DNA of 64,000 nucleotides from Lymnaea stagnalis (taxonomy: Eukaryota). The stretch lies in assembly GCA_964033795.1 (NCBI GenBank), contig CAXITT010000024.1, positions 1,245,971-1,309,970 on the forward strand, written 5' to 3'. Positions 39,455 to 51,461 of this stretch are shown one piece after another. A program made the translations under genes and the position numbers. Numbering within the stretch: the stretch's first letter is position 1; each line of letters starts with the position of its first letter. The notes under the pieces are model-generated. The model searched no databases. It had not been told where the DNA came from and was given only the letters and a program-made list of their open reading frames with translations.

Positions 39455-39780
39455 TATAATTGTCAGGTTGCAAATAATTCATTTTCAATTATGTTAACAT
39501 GTATTTAAATTTAATTAACATCAACATAACACCATTTCAATGACATGCAAAAATCATGGATCTCTTATTTTTCTCATGTAATTAACATCTTACTAAATCC
39601 AGTCCTTAGAAGACGCGTATTTTGATCTATTTACTGAGGACCCTAAACTATCTTACCCATAAACATGATGCTGCGAGTCAACATTTAACGCTTGCAGTAT
39701 TGAAGACTTGTTTGACTTTCATATTGGTAACTCTCAGCAACTTGAAAATTTGAACTAAAAAAACAGTAGCCTCATTTTGA

Positions 39781-39930
39781 TCAGTCAAAAAGATTGAGTT
39801 CCGACATCTGTGCATTGTTACAGATGGCCTTGGCTGCTATTTTTCTACCAGACACAGAGGAGAGGTCACATATCCTGAGTATGTGCTCATCTGTAAATAC
39901 GCCTGGTAGAGATCGCATCATCTGGTTTAG
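39781..39930 (-). CDS. MED24: MED24 exon 23 (last coding exon; TGA stop = revcomp of 39781..39783)
   Basis: Acceptor tgtaattcag|cta; encodes LNQMMRSLPGVFTDEHILRICDLSSVSGRKIAAKAICNNAQMSELNLFD*. Candidate polyA signal AATAAA on the minus strand at 39449..39454. Confidence 0.85.
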   Translation of the reverse strand, partial: LNQMMRSLPGVFTDEHILRICDLSSVSGRKIAAKAICNNAQMSELNLFD

Positions 39931-40378
39931 CTGAATTACAAAACATAAGGAACATATTAATGAGAAGGTCACAACTGTAAAACTATGAGTTGCAATTTAT
40001 TATTACATGAATTCTACACATTTAGCTCTGTTAGGGCTAACTGTGAAACACAAAAAGTTGTTGTGGTTAAGACAACTCTTCAGAAACATTTGACAAAAAA
40101 TTTGGAAACATTTGAAACACTGGCCTAAAAAACATAAAAGAAAAATATTCAAGCCTAAAAAGAAAGTAAAGCAGAAAAGTACAAAAATGTTAAAATTGAG
40201 ACAACGATCCAGTACAATGACAATTTAAAATTCGCTACATCCTAAGGGGAAAGAAACAAAAAATCACTTATTTCAGAACAAAAATCAATTGATCAACAGC
40301 AACAGTAGAAATGCCCACAGTTTTGATATCAGATTCATTAGAAAGTTGTTCTTCCCTGTATCTATAATATTCACTCAC

Positions 40379-40524
40379 CATGTTTTGAGGCATGAATTGA
40401 AATATAAAACGTGAGTGGGCTCCACCGCACTTGATGGCCTCTTGTATGAAGGAGACAATGAACCAAGTTCGAGGCGTAAGGGTTCTATTCATCAGGATGG
40501 TGTTCATCATCAGGAAAAGATTCA
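40379..40524 (-). CDS. MED24: MED24 exon 22
   Basis: Acceptor tcttatcgttag|tg; encodes (V)NLFLMMNTILMNRTLTPRTWFIVSFIQEAIKCGGAHSRFIFQFMPQNM; donor atg|gtgagt. Confidence 0.85.
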
Positions 40525-40894
40525 CTAACGATAAGAAAACCCAGGATGTGTGAGCACAAAGTTAGTTGATGTTTCAACAAACAAACAAAGTCCATAAAAC
40601 TAACCTTGAATGAGGTATGGAAGAAAATATGACCTTATAAGACAACATCTGGGCACCAGATATGATCCAAGCATGCACAATAAAAGAAGGAAAAAATCTT
40701 ACTTTGAGCGATTAATTTTAATTATAAATTATTCATGCTGCAGGTTGAACTTCTAATAAAACAATTTAAAAATTGAGTCATTGGCAAAATGTATTGAGAT
40801 TAAATAAAGCCCATTATCACTTACTTACTTCCTATAGCAAAACTAGCATCACAAAAAATAAGTTGGATCACTTTGTAAACACTGGAACATTTAC

Positions 40895-40969
40895 CTAATG
40901 CTTTATCCAATGGTTCCTTGACATCACATGTTGGCAGGACCTCACCATCTTCTTTGTCAGCAAGGGCAG
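40895..40969 (-). CDS. MED24: MED24 exon 21
   Basis: Acceptor tgttcttcag|ct; encodes (A)ALADKEDGEVLPTCDVKEPLDKAL; donor g|gtaaat, phase 1. DVKEPLDKALVNLFLMM aligns with human NMRDPLNRVLANLFLLI. Confidence 0.78.
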   Translation of the reverse strand: MPLLTKKMVRSCQHVMSRNHWIKH

Positions 40970-40982
40970 CTGAAGAACAATG

Positions 40983-41200
40983 ATAAATTACTAGCTTGAT
41001 GATTGTAGTTAAGAACAATGATGAATTACTAGCTTGATGATTGTAGTTAAGAACAATGATGAATTACTAGCTTGATGATTGCAGTTAAGAACAATGATGA
41101 ATTACTAGCTTGATGATTGTAGTTAAGAACAATGATGAATTACTAGCTTGATGATTGTAGTTAAGAACAATGATGAATTACTAGCTTGATACAGGTGGCA
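40983..41200. repeat. Minisatellite, 42-bp unit x~5, abutting the acceptor of MED24 exon 21
   Basis: acaatgatgaattactagcttgatgattgtagttaagaac repeats. On the minus strand each unit reads tcattgttcttaac, a near-copy of the real acceptor tcattgttcttcag. Confidence 0.85.
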
Positions 41201-41360
41201 TAAACATTTCCAGAGTATATACAAAGTTACTTTTGAAAGTATGAATAAGTTGTTAGGTAAATGAACAATATTGTTGCTATCAATGCTAATAAATATAAAA
41301 CACTGCTGCCTTTTCTAGTTTTGATGTCAAGGCGAGGCCATGTGATTATTCATAAATAAA

Positions 41361-42161
41361 GTACTGTATGTACTCGCAGATAAGCCAACATCGCATATCA
41401 GCCGACCCCCTAAAACTGCTTTAAAATGGCCAGTTTTTGCGAAAACCCGCATATAAGCAGACTTTTAAATTCTGTGGCTGCGTGCTCACGTCTGCCCCAT
41501 TGGTTTCCCGTTGGTTTGCTATTCCCCTACAAGCCACGCGACCCTCGTCCCCCTTCCCATGCCTTGCGCTGCCTACCAACTGGCTGCCTCTGTCTCCCCT
41601 CTTCATGCCTATGCATGTGATTTAAGGGGATTCCCTTACGACCGCCTTCTTTTGAGTGTATTATTTCTAAGAAATCAGACCGTCTACCGATGACATCGGC
41701 TTCACCGCTAGCTCTTGCTTGGTTAAGACTCACCACTGGTGCACACTCAACCACGCGGTCGTGTCAGTCTCACTTTATTCTATACATCTGCGCATAGAGT
41801 ATTAGTTAAGAAACCCTAGACATAGAAAACATTTTCTGTTTTTTAAGTATCTTTTTCTTAAGTTTATGCCATTTTTGACTTGGAAAATGAATTCTCCATG
41901 GTAATATTCATACTCAGGATAATTATCAGCTTTGCATACATGAAATTTTTTGAAGTGACACCTCTGTATATATATCTATTAGTACTCTGTACACACAACT
42001 AAATAAAGAGTCAGATAGTGATGAAAATGTGTGGCTGGAAAATTGGCATTAGTGTCTGTCCTTGTGTCCATTTTGTTTTATGCGCATATAAGCCGTCCCC
42101 CTGATTTCAGTATTGTATTTTATAGTTCTAAATTCGGCTTATATGCGAGTATATACCGTAC
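41361..42161. mobile_element. Non-autonomous TIR element (~800 bp) in MED24 intron 20
   Basis: The ~30-bp termini gtactgtatgtactcgcagataagccaac (left) and ttcggcttatatgcgagtatataccgtac (right) are reverse complements at about 26 of 30 positions. There are subterminal direct repeats gcatat(c/a)agccg(a/t)ccccct. The region is GC-rich relative to its surroundings. No clear TSD. Confidence 0.6.
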
Positions 42162-42249
42162 CTAAATTAAAGTCCTCCAGGCTTAAGCTCAGTTGAGGCT
42201 CTGAAAGTTTACGGAGCTTGGCAGGTGAAGCCTCTGTGTCTTCCACATC
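42162..42249 (-). CDS. MED24: MED24 exon 20
   Basis: Acceptor ttttttttcccag|gat; encodes DVEDTEASPAKLRKLSEPQLSLSLEDFNL; donor g|gtacgg, phase 1. The donor coincides with the terminus of the intronic TIR element 41361..42161. Confidence 0.72.
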
Positions 42250-42630
42250 CTGGGAAAAAAAATGCATATGGGGAGAAAGAAGTGCAGTTGAATTGATCAT
42301 AAGCTTTTGATGATAAGAATTAGGGAGAGTTAGCATTCATTGATAGAAAATATTTAGTTGGAGTAAACTTGCATGGACACAAGGGCTATGAACATACTAA
42401 ATAATCATCATCATAGATACAAGACAGGTTCTCACCTGCAATGTTGTTGGGAATATCTGATATTTTTATTCTTACTAACCACAACAGAAGATCAAAATTA
42501 ATTTTATACCAATTTAGTTTGCTCATAGGTAATTAATGTTTCTGACCCTGGTGAACCATAGCATCTTGCTAATTACCGTATTACTATGTGTATATATTTA
42601 AAAGTATGGAAAACATAATGACTGGTTTAC

Positions 42631-42686
42631 CTCATCAAAGTCTAGTTCAAGCACTGTACGTTTGTGGAGTCTTCTGACATAAGGCT
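42631..42686 (-). CDS. MED24: MED24 exon 19
   Basis: Acceptor ttttatccacag|ag; encodes (E)PYVRRLHKRTVLELDFDE; donor gag|gtaaac. The exon is short, the similarity is weak and it is supported mainly by phase. Confidence 0.55.
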
Positions 42687-43122
42687 CTGTGGATAAAATT
42701 CTTCATTGAATACCTTAGATCATATTATAATCTAATACATTGGATAACATGGATTACTTTTATTTTTAAGCCCACCTGCAAAAAAAGAGCAACAGTTATT
42801 GTCTCAGTAAGTTTTGGCATACAAATAATTTAAATGCTTGATTAAAAAAAAAATTAACCAAAGTAAAATTACAGTAGACATGTTTTTGTGTGCTGATATT
42901 AAAAGCATAATCTAAATGGAAAATTTCATGCCTTCTTGCAACTACTTTTGATGTAACAAAAAAACAAAAAAAAAAACAACCTGTCAGTTGTATTTGAAAG
43001 GACCGAGCTGGTTTATTTAAAGTTAAGCAATTGCATGCTAGAAAAAATGCCAATCTTGTACCTGATTATGACTACAAACATGAATCTTTTAATTGCATGC
43101 ACAAGACTAAATACCCACTGAC

Positions 43123-43339
43123 CTTTCTGACCAATCTTGGACATATGAGTTGCTGTTATGCTGAGCACACAAAGCTTAGCGAGGCAGTAGCCCCGAGGGT
43201 CTGTCAGCAGGTTGGTCTGTGGTGTTGATAGGAGTCTGGGCAGCACCCGCCTCAGCAAGCTGATTGTCATGCGCTCCAGGTCCATGTGCATGATGGCAAA
43301 TGCCAGACTCAGAGACTGTGAGGCATCGTCAGTGTGATT
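43123..43339 (-). CDS. MED24: MED24 exon 18
   Basis: Acceptor gttaaaacag|aat; encodes NHTDDASQSLSLAFAIMHMDLERMTISLLRRVLPRLLSTPQTNLLTDPRGYCLAKLCVLSITATHMSKIGQK; donor g|gtcagt, phase 1. Confidence 0.82.
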
Positions 43340-43703
43340 CTGTTTTAACAAGTGCTATACAGGGAGGAAATAATTGAATAAATAGAGAGAGGAAATAATT
43401 GAATAAATAAAGAGAGGAAATAATTTGATATGTGTGAGAAAGTGATGCCAATAAGAGAGAAAAAATAAGATATTTAGAAAGGAAACTATCTTATATACAG
43501 GGAAGATAAAGGATATCTAATAAGTTTTTCATTTTTTCCTTTGACACTTTTACTGGTAATTTTCATCCATGTCAAAAAGTTACTGTGAAAGTAATAATTT
43601 TGAAAAGTATACAATTAAAAAAAGCTTGAACAGGGCTTCTGAAAGCCACCTACCACAACCAGATGCCACCCACCAAAACAAACAACAACAAGCCGCCACC
43701 TAC

Positions 43704-43956
43704 CTCAACCATTTCCCCACAAAACCAATCAGGGCCCCTCAGCACCAACAGCTGTTCAAGTGTGTGTAATGATGCCATGTTGAGCCAGCCTCTGTGGAAT
43801 GATTCTTTTAGCGTCTCGTTCATAATCTCACTGGTCAGTTTTTTGCTGGACAGCAGGTAACGCCTGGCCGGTCTCTGAGGGTGGCCCTCGGGTAAAATGT
43901 CAAAGATGATATTGTCAATGATGGCTTGGATTGGGAGTTTCCTGTTGGGAAGAATG
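43704..43956 (-). CDS. MED24: MED24 exon 17
   Basis: Acceptor gcttgctag|c; encodes (A)ILPNRKLPIQAIIDNIIFDILPEGHPQRPARRYLLSSKKLTSEIMNETLKESFHRGWLNMASLHTLEQLLVLRGPDWFCGEMVE; donor gag|gtaggt. Confidence 0.85.
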
Positions 43957-44398
43957 CTAGCAAGCGTCAACAGGGTGAGAAATAATTTCATTTTTTTTTA
44001 TAAATCTGTTACCCGCTTTATCAAGAATCCATTCAGTTAATAACAAAAAAAAATTGGCCATGACAGCATCAAAATCATCAATTTTTGGTCTAAATAGATA
44101 CTTGATAAAAAGGAAATGATTGACCACTCAAAGACATTTTTTTTAAATCAAAAAATGTTTTCAAATGTAAAACAATGAATTGAAGTATAAAAGAGGATAC
44201 AAATTATTTCTTTAATAAATTATTCAACAGTGAAAATGATTTTAGTTTTAGTTAATAAAATACATTGTTTAAGCAATAAACTACCTGACCTGACCTGACC
44301 TGCAACAAACAAAATGGTGCCAGCCACAGAGAAAAGTCAATTAATGGCTTTTTTTACCCAATGTGTTAAAGCACAAGATTGGTTGTATGTTAACTCAC

Positions 44399-44553
44399 GC
44401 ATCTATCCCTAAAGAAGCTGTGAAGAACTCCAGCATCTTGAGTGGCTTGACTCTGGCGCTGGCCCCAACCATGTTCATGTAGTTACACAGGTAGGTGGTG
44501 CACACAAGAATCAGGCTTTTGTTGTTCTGTTTGCGGATGTGGTCGATGATGAG
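44399..44553 (-). CDS. MED24: MED24 exon 16
   Basis: Acceptor catcccttag|ctc; encodes LIIDHIRKQNNKSLILVCTTYLCNYMNMVGASARVKPLKMLEFFTASLGID(A); donor gc|gtgagt, phase 2. Confidence 0.8.
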
Positions 44554-44965
44554 CTAAGGGATGGGGGGAGATAGAAATGGCATCGTTCATGTCATCAACT
44601 ACATCAACACTCCGTATGCAGCAAAGACTCTTATGCTGATAAATGTCAACATGGTGTCAGACCCTTGGACACGTGACCAAATTGCAAACTTGATCAATAT
44701 GGTGGCAATAAGCAAAATTGATCAATATGATGGTAATAAGCAAATTGGATCAACATGGTGGTAATAAATGAAATTTCTTGAAAAGGGATAACTGAAATGA
44801 AATGTCAGTAGTCCATTAAGAAGGGACAATTTGATAAACAGGGCCTTTCCCAATGGATAATAGCATAATGATAAGGTTAGGGATAACTTTAACAAATTAT
44901 ATATTTAGGAATGAGCATTTTTGTGTCTGGCTAACTTGATATAGATTGACCTTAACTGGACATAC

Positions 44966-45065
44966 CTTGACCTTATCCAAAGTAAGTGCCATGTGTTCCA
45001 GAGCAAACAGCACTTCTTGCAAGGCATAGGGCAGGTACATAATCAGCTCTTTCCATCCATTCACT
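44966..45065 (-). CDS. MED24: MED24 exon 15
   Basis: Acceptor ggcctcttag|a; encodes (Q)VNGWKELIMYLPYALQEVLFALEHMALTLDKVK; donor aag|gtatgt. Confidence 0.78.
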
Positions 45066-45344
45066 CTAAGAGGCCAAAACAAAAGCAATAATGAGGTTTA
45101 TACAATGCCCATATAAAAGATACCCTCTCCATAGCACAGGTACATAACTCATTGTTATTATCTCAACATAGAAAAGACTATTTACCACGTTAGCATCACT
45201 TTTGATTATTTAAATAATATTTAATGTGTCAACAAAGTTCTGGCCTTTACTTATATTACATCAAAAGAATCGGAAGTCTCAAGTTTCAGTTTTTTTAGCT
45301 ACATCACAAAATCCCTGAATATATCAGATTGCTTGGTTTCTTAC

Positions 45345-45514
45345 TGTCCACATGGAACTATTTCAGCATTGCTCAGCATCAGATTCAGAATGCAGTCAAT
45401 TTTGTCCTGTTCCTCTGTGGACTCCACATTTTTATACTTCCCATCTTCAGGGAGCCATCTTTTAGCCCATTGAACTACAAGGGAGTATTCATTTTCTTTA
45501 TTAGACAGGGCTAT
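45345..45514 (-). CDS. MED24: MED24 exon 14
   Basis: Acceptor ttttttcccctcacag|ata; encodes IALSNKENEYSLVVQWAKRWLPEDGKYKNVESTEEQDKIDCILNLMLSNAEIVPCG(Q); donor ca|gtaaga, phase 2. Confidence 0.8.
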
Positions 45515-45798
45515 CTGTGAGGGGAAAAAAGAATAGCCCTCATTGCAATTCAAAACCACAAAGTTAGTGAATGTCATTTGATTTTTTTGTTAGCAATTAA
45601 TCATGGCAACAATGTCTTGGATACATGTTGGAGAGAAACTGAATCTAAAACAGTATTTGAGAATCACTTACTAATGCATATTTCTTCAATCAAATTTATA
45701 ACTCAATAAGTTTAAAAAATGTGTAATGCATACAAAATAAACACTATTGTAAAGGTCTCTATTTGTCTGGTGGATCAAGTTTACACAGAAAGTCTTAC

Positions 45799-45916
45799 CG
45801 ATAGTCCATTCTGTTGGAATATGCTGATGATCATGAGGAATGTCACATCAAATAGTTGGCTTCTGTTTGGGATCTTCAAGGACTCACTTGTTGTTTGGGA
45901 TGCGAGCTCATTGATT
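45799..45916 (-). CDS. MED24: MED24 exon 13
   Basis: Acceptor tttgttatag|a; encodes (R)INELASQTTSESLKIPNRSQLFDVTFLMIISIFQQNGLS; donor tcg|gtaaga. Confidence 0.8.
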
Positions 45917-46436
45917 CTATAACAAAAACAGTTTCAGCCCTTGTGAGCGATGTAAAAATAACTCTACAATGAAGTCATCAAGTATGTGTATGTTACCATT
46001 GAAAAATTGTCAGTCAGTATTTGCTAAGGTGTATTTTATCACAATCAATTAAATTTGAGAACAAATTATAGAACAATTTTAATACAAATAAATTAATGAT
46101 TTTGTTAATAAAAGTTGTTTTATTCATTCCAGAAATATAAAAATTTCTCCTTAATATTGTACTTTCAGTATTAGAAATGCCAGATCAGAGGTTGCGTGGA
46201 CCCTGCAACCAGTGGCTGCAGGTTACCTCAGCTATTTATGGGGCCCAAAGTTGTGATGTGGCAAAACCCTTCAACTTCGAACAGAGGGAATGGGGGACTC
46301 ATTGAAAAGTGGCAGGAGCCACCGAAAGTCAGTCAACAGCCCTGTGCTAAGCTCAAGATCCCTCTGGAGCAAAACTGACTGAAATGTATACAACAGTGAA
46401 AGCTACATCAAAAGTCACACTCGTCGCATCTCTTAC

Positions 46437-46579
46437 CTGATGAGCTTGGACATAAAATCATGAAGCCTGCCTGTGCACGCTGCTGCCAGTCTCAGAATGT
46501 CAAAACTGTGTCCCTGAAGCATGATGGTCAACACCTTAACCATGGAGTCTGAGTTCCGCTGAGGGTCCGAGTCCAGAGA
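46437..46579 (-). CDS. MED24: MED24 exon 12
   Basis: Acceptor tcttctatcag|tct; encodes SLDSDPQRNSDSMVKVLTIMLQGHSFDILRLAAACTGRLHDFMSKLI(R); donor ag|gtaaga. The 2990-bp intron upstream (46580..49569) was not fully inspected for additional exons. Confidence 0.8.
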
Positions 46580-49569
46580 CTGATAGAAGAGAATGAATAA
46601 GTTTATGTCTCATATAACCAGCCAATGTTTTTAACAGTTATATATCATTATGACGAGAAAATGTAAAACAGTTAAATAATATTAGCTGGAACTTTTTAAA
46701 ATAGGTAAAATAAATGTGAGACTTTGAGAAATTTTTCCTCAGTGATTTAATATTGAGTTAAACTAATCTCACTTTAATCCTTAAAAACACATTTACAAAC
46801 TCCTCTCCTCGTGTTCTTATTGTTAACTTTTTATTTTAAAAAAATTATCATTTTTCTCTTAAAACACAAGAGTGTCTCATTTTTGCTACGGCCACTAAAA
46901 AAAACAACTATTGTACGGTATACAATCTCATTTGAGCCTAGAGATATAAAATCTCAGACATTTACTAAAATGATAAATTGTATTTATCAAAAATTAAATA
47001 AACCTACATAAATTGGACATTGTTAAATATACAGACACATCCTATATATTTTTACATAACAGATATTCTTTACCACCATAATCAACTTGTTCTCATCATG
47101 CACTAAATTAACAAAAAAGTTCATGTCTTGCAGCATTGACATAAGAATGGCATTCAGGAGGATCCCCCTCCAGCAGTGCTTAGAGATTATTATGACATGG
47201 TACTTTAAACGGGGTATGAAGTGCTAGAGAGTAACAATCCATTCCAGCGATGTGATAAGCTTTTTCATAAGTCCTGTGTTTTCATCCAGTACATTTACTT
47301 TTCTGATGTATATTGCAATGTATCTAGATGATTATGTATTGCAAATACATTAGCCCTTCCTTGTCCACATGATAATTTAAAAGTCTGGACAAAAAATTTC
47401 AACCTGGCATGTGAAGCTGCTAGCAAACAAATGGTGACAAACCACCATACTAGCCCAGCAACAATACTGTCATATGCACATTTATTATAGCGTTAAGAGC
47501 CAACACCAAACAATTGTATGCATTAATCATAACCCATATCAGAGTAAATACTATATACTTCAAAATTTAAAATCTTTTTTTTCAATACAGTAACAAAAAA
47601 TATTATTAAGGACTGCTCATGTCTCTCTACTAAATCTGAAACTAAATCTTTGTGAGATGCCAGAACTTTGATTCAATATCCAAGCATAATTACATAAAGA
47701 AAAATATCAATTTTCAGTGATGTAACTGTGTATTAATAGCTGCATGTCTTAAACTTGTTTCAACACAACATCTCATTGAGTGAAGAAGTAAATTTCAGAT
47801 TCTATATTAGTTGAAATATCGATTATAGTTACATTTATACTGTCACTAAGGGAGTTCATTGACGGATGATTTCTACGCTAGAAAAATACTTCAAATGTCT
47901 TGTGTTTAAATTGTTTTAATTGTAAAATGTTTTGGTTAAAATATGTATTTATTTATGGGCTGAAAATGAATATGTACATTTTAATTTTAACAAAACATTT
48001 CCATTGATTTGGATCAATAAAAGAATATTATCTTATCTTATTTACAATTCCAATATAGAATGTTATACAATGTGCCATATGTCAGCATCAGTTGTAAGTG
48101 AAATGTCCAAACATACACACATATTACATATATAAAAAGCTGTTTCTAAATCATTTATGGAATTAAATAATTAGGTACATCCAGAAAGGGAAAACAAAGC
48201 AAAAGACAATCCCCACCCACCCACTCCCCAAATTATCATAAGATGGACATTTTCTAAAACCCAAACAGTAAACATAATGAAATAAATAATACATAAATCT
48301 GTCAGTTGTCAAATAACAATAAGCGATTGGTATTTTCTTGGTTTGGAATAGTTTTAGCCAAACTGAAAGACAGGAATATTTATGATCTACAGATCAAAAA
48401 ATAAATTTATATAAAGAACAAATACTCAAATTTATTGCGAATATTTCCAAAAGACTTTAAATATTTTTTTCAAAATAAGCCACTGCAAAAAAAGACAAGA
48501 AATGAAATCAGTACAGGTTCCAATATGCATACAGACATTCAGATAAGCAGAAATGATCAATAAGGGGCATTGTTTTATAGGGAACATATGAATGGAATTG
48601 TCAAAAGTATAAAACTATCAAAAGGTTCAGAAAAAAGGTTTTAACAATGGAACAATTGCAATGCTGTGCCAAAACGACAACATAGGGGGGAAAATTCCCA
48701 ACGTACTTCTACATGACAGCTTCTGTGCCACAAAAAACAACATAATGGGAACAGTCCAAATGCTGTGCAACAATAACAGCCTGCAATGTGACAACATCAA
48801 ACAAATTCATCACTTTTACTTCACAAATTATTTCACCTTTAACATCCTGTCCAGAGTGGCACTTCCCTGGAGAGAGTAAGTTTTGCCCCAATTAGAACTC
48901 TCCTGATACATACAAAAGCTTTTAGCTTAGGCATTGTGGCTGAAGCTTTTGTGAAAACCCTTCAATATACATCGTTCAAAACTAATGTGTTTCCATATTT
49001 GCAATATATTTAATAGCCTCAGTCTTTAATGTAACATTTCAATCATGTTTTTTGCATGCATATATCGCTTAATCCAACCAAAATTTGTGTTTAAATGAAG
49101 AGAATTTTAGAACTAAATAGAAATTAGTGAATAAAGTTAGATAACCAATAAGCAGGTAGCAGTAATGATTGTTTTCTCTTTCTCTTTGTTTTAAGACAAA
49201 AAGGTTTAATAATATATAAACAAAATAGAAAACACAAACCAACATTAAAAAATACAATGACTGAAAGCATGCCCGTGTCCAGTGAAAATATTAACATTTT
49301 AAGCTGCTTCTAACAAAAAGCAAAATACATTTCTCTTCTTTTTACAATAAAACGAAAATAAGAAGTAAAAATAAAGGAATTAAATAATATATGAAAACCG
49401 TATTCCGATTCAAAATAGTTTTTTTTAGAGAAAAATTACAGCTTTAAAAAAAAGAATGATGCCGGTAAATAAAAAATGTGTCAAAACTTGATAATTTCAT
49501 CTATGAAATGTCTGTTTGAATAAATGTGTAAAACTAGAAAGAGAAGAGTGGAACAAATTACTCCCCAAC

Positions 49570-49678
49570 CTTTAAGATACTCGTGACTGTCGCCTCTGCA
49601 TGTGTGACTCTACTGAGATTCTTGCCATCGTTGGAACCAGATATATCAGATGGTCTCAGCCTACTTCTTTGTTCCGCT
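49570..49678 (-). CDS. MED24: MED24 exon 11
   Basis: Acceptor taatttcag|a; encodes (R)AEQRSRLRPSDISGSNDGKNLSRVTHAEATVTSILK; donor aag|gttggg (weak GT). ATVTSILK aligns with human PTVTNILK. Confidence 0.65.
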
Positions 49679-49984
49679 CTGAAATTAAGAAATGCACTTT
49701 AGAAAACCAAGTATCTTTGTAAGGACAGATGAACAGATAAGTAAAGAAAGAAATTATTCTTTTGAGGAAAATGTGAAAGGGGAAATTTTTTTTACCAGTC
49801 CTGTGTAGAAAATCATACATAATATCTTATAATTCAAAGTAGTTATCCCCCTTCAATGTGTCAGCTAAGCTTAGCTATGTCAATGAGTTGTTAAGAGAAA
49901 TGTTCCATTAGCAGGCTTCAGTGTATCAACCTAATCTCAGGTCAAGAGTTCAGATAAATATTCAAAAACCTCCATTTCATGTTT

Positions 49985-50600
49985 CATCATCATCATGTCC
50001 CTTAGTCCTTAGACCGTTGGGGTACCACAGATGACATGAAAACTATCCGTCTCCATTCCTCTCTGTTTTCTGCACTTCGCACAGCATCGCCTAGTTTTAG
50101 TCTTTGGTGTTATCTTCCCATCTTTTTCTCTGATTTCCTCTTCTTCTCTCTCATCTCGTTGTGCCCTGCATGATTTCTTAGGCGAGCTCTTGTTTTCTTG
50201 TTTCGTGGTCGTACCATTCCAGTTTGCGCTTTTTTACAGTCACCAGGAGGTCATCATACTGCCCAATTGCTTGACGAATCTTTTCTTTCCCTTGTTCATT
50301 AGAGATCGCCTTTATTTTCCTTTCAAGTTCGGCTGTTAATGTCCAGGATTTGCAGGCATACAGGAAAATGGAGAGAACTAATGAGCGTATTAGCCTGATT
50401 TTGGTGCTGGGGGCTATATTTTTGTCATTCCATATTTTCTTAAGCCTCTTTAGTGCTGCTGTGGTCTGGGCAATCCTGGACATCAATTCGGGCTTGGAAC
50501 CTTCTTCTAAGACTATTGCTCCTAGGTACTTGAAGTCACGTACTGTCTCTAATCTTTCCTCCCCGACCTTAATTTCACGTTTGCTATTCCTTATTTAAAT
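49985..50600 (-). mobile_element. LINE 3' fragment (same family as 12480..13430) in MED24 intron 10
   Basis: ORF 50178..50486(-) has ...VKKRKLEWYDHETRKQELA. Nucleotide similarity to 12480..13150 is ~80%. Confidence 0.75.
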
Positions 50601-50946
50601 GAGACTGTAAATGACCGATTGCCCACTCCCACTTGCTTCTGTATAAGTTTAGGCGACGTATATAAAGATAAGATACTGGTAAAAGATAAGATGCTGCGCT
50701 AGTAGTTATCCAGACTTCACTGCAACAACAGTTAATATTCTGCTTGCCTGGACATTTATGTTATGGATGAGCTAAGAGCAGTTAACTTCTCCACAGCAAG
50801 TTATATACAAAGATAAAGAGAGAGCATTGCTGGAGTCGGCAGCCCTTGGGTTATAGAGGCTCTGGCTAGGCCAAGAAATATTTACAATTACAATATCAAT
50901 AAATGCATTAAAGAAAACTTTTTAAAAAAGAATAAAAACAGCCCAC

Positions 50947-51033
50947 CTGCGCTGACTGAGTGCCATTTTCTGAGCCTCCGAGATAATGCCGGCCTTGTGG
51001 AGCTCTGTGATGAACTGTCCAAACATGTCAAAA
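50947..51033 (-). CDS. MED24: MED24 exon 10
   Basis: Acceptor tcctcag|t; encodes (N)FDMFGQFITELHKAGIISEAQKMALSQ(R); donor ag|gtgggc, phase 2. Confidence 0.75.
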
Positions 51034-51461
51034 CTGAGGAGGACAATTGACATAATTACAAAGTTAAGCTAAATGCATATGCCACTGTCAAGCTATAACA
51101 ATAACTATCAAATGAAAATTTGATTTGACTAGATCCTCAAACACCATTTGTTGCTACTCATTTATCTTTTTTACTTTTTTAAAGTTTTTTTTTTATGTTA
51201 CATATGACTAAAAAAATGTTTTAAAAAAAAAAAAATATTCAGTTCTTACTTTGACAATGGGTATATTCTAAATTAATTTTAAAATGATTGATGAATACAA
51301 AGAATCTATTTCCCAATCAGCCTTGTTAATCACTACATTAAAACTCCAATTTCTAAGACTTGACCTTTTTTTTAAAAAAAACACACAACATTAGTGGGTC
51401 AATGCTTCCTGGCTGAAATAATGCATTGGGGAAAAATACAATGGGACCATAAGAGACTGAC

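Noticed and set aside
41421-41754. GC-rich block with overlapping ORFs on both strands in a MED24 intron, considered as a small gene or CpG island
   Set aside because: It lies inside the TIR-bounded element 41361..42161. The ORFs have no recognisable similarity and overlap each other in opposite frames.
47100-47210. Minus-strand stretch translating to LLEGDPPECHSYVNAARHE, tested as a possible MED24 exon
   Set aside because: No convincing alignment to MED24 and not needed for frame continuity between exons 11 and 12.
48709-48891. Minus-strand ORF flanked by a good acceptor (ctctctccag|gg) that could be slotted in as a MED24 exon between exons 11 and 12
   Set aside because: Including it needs the alternative phase-1 donor of exon 11 and inserts ~50 residues absent from MED24 homologs. 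The phase-0 donor aag|gttggg of exon 11 joins directly to exon 12 and reproduces the conserved ATVTSILK / SLDSD alignment. Every GT upstream of its in-frame TAG is weak.
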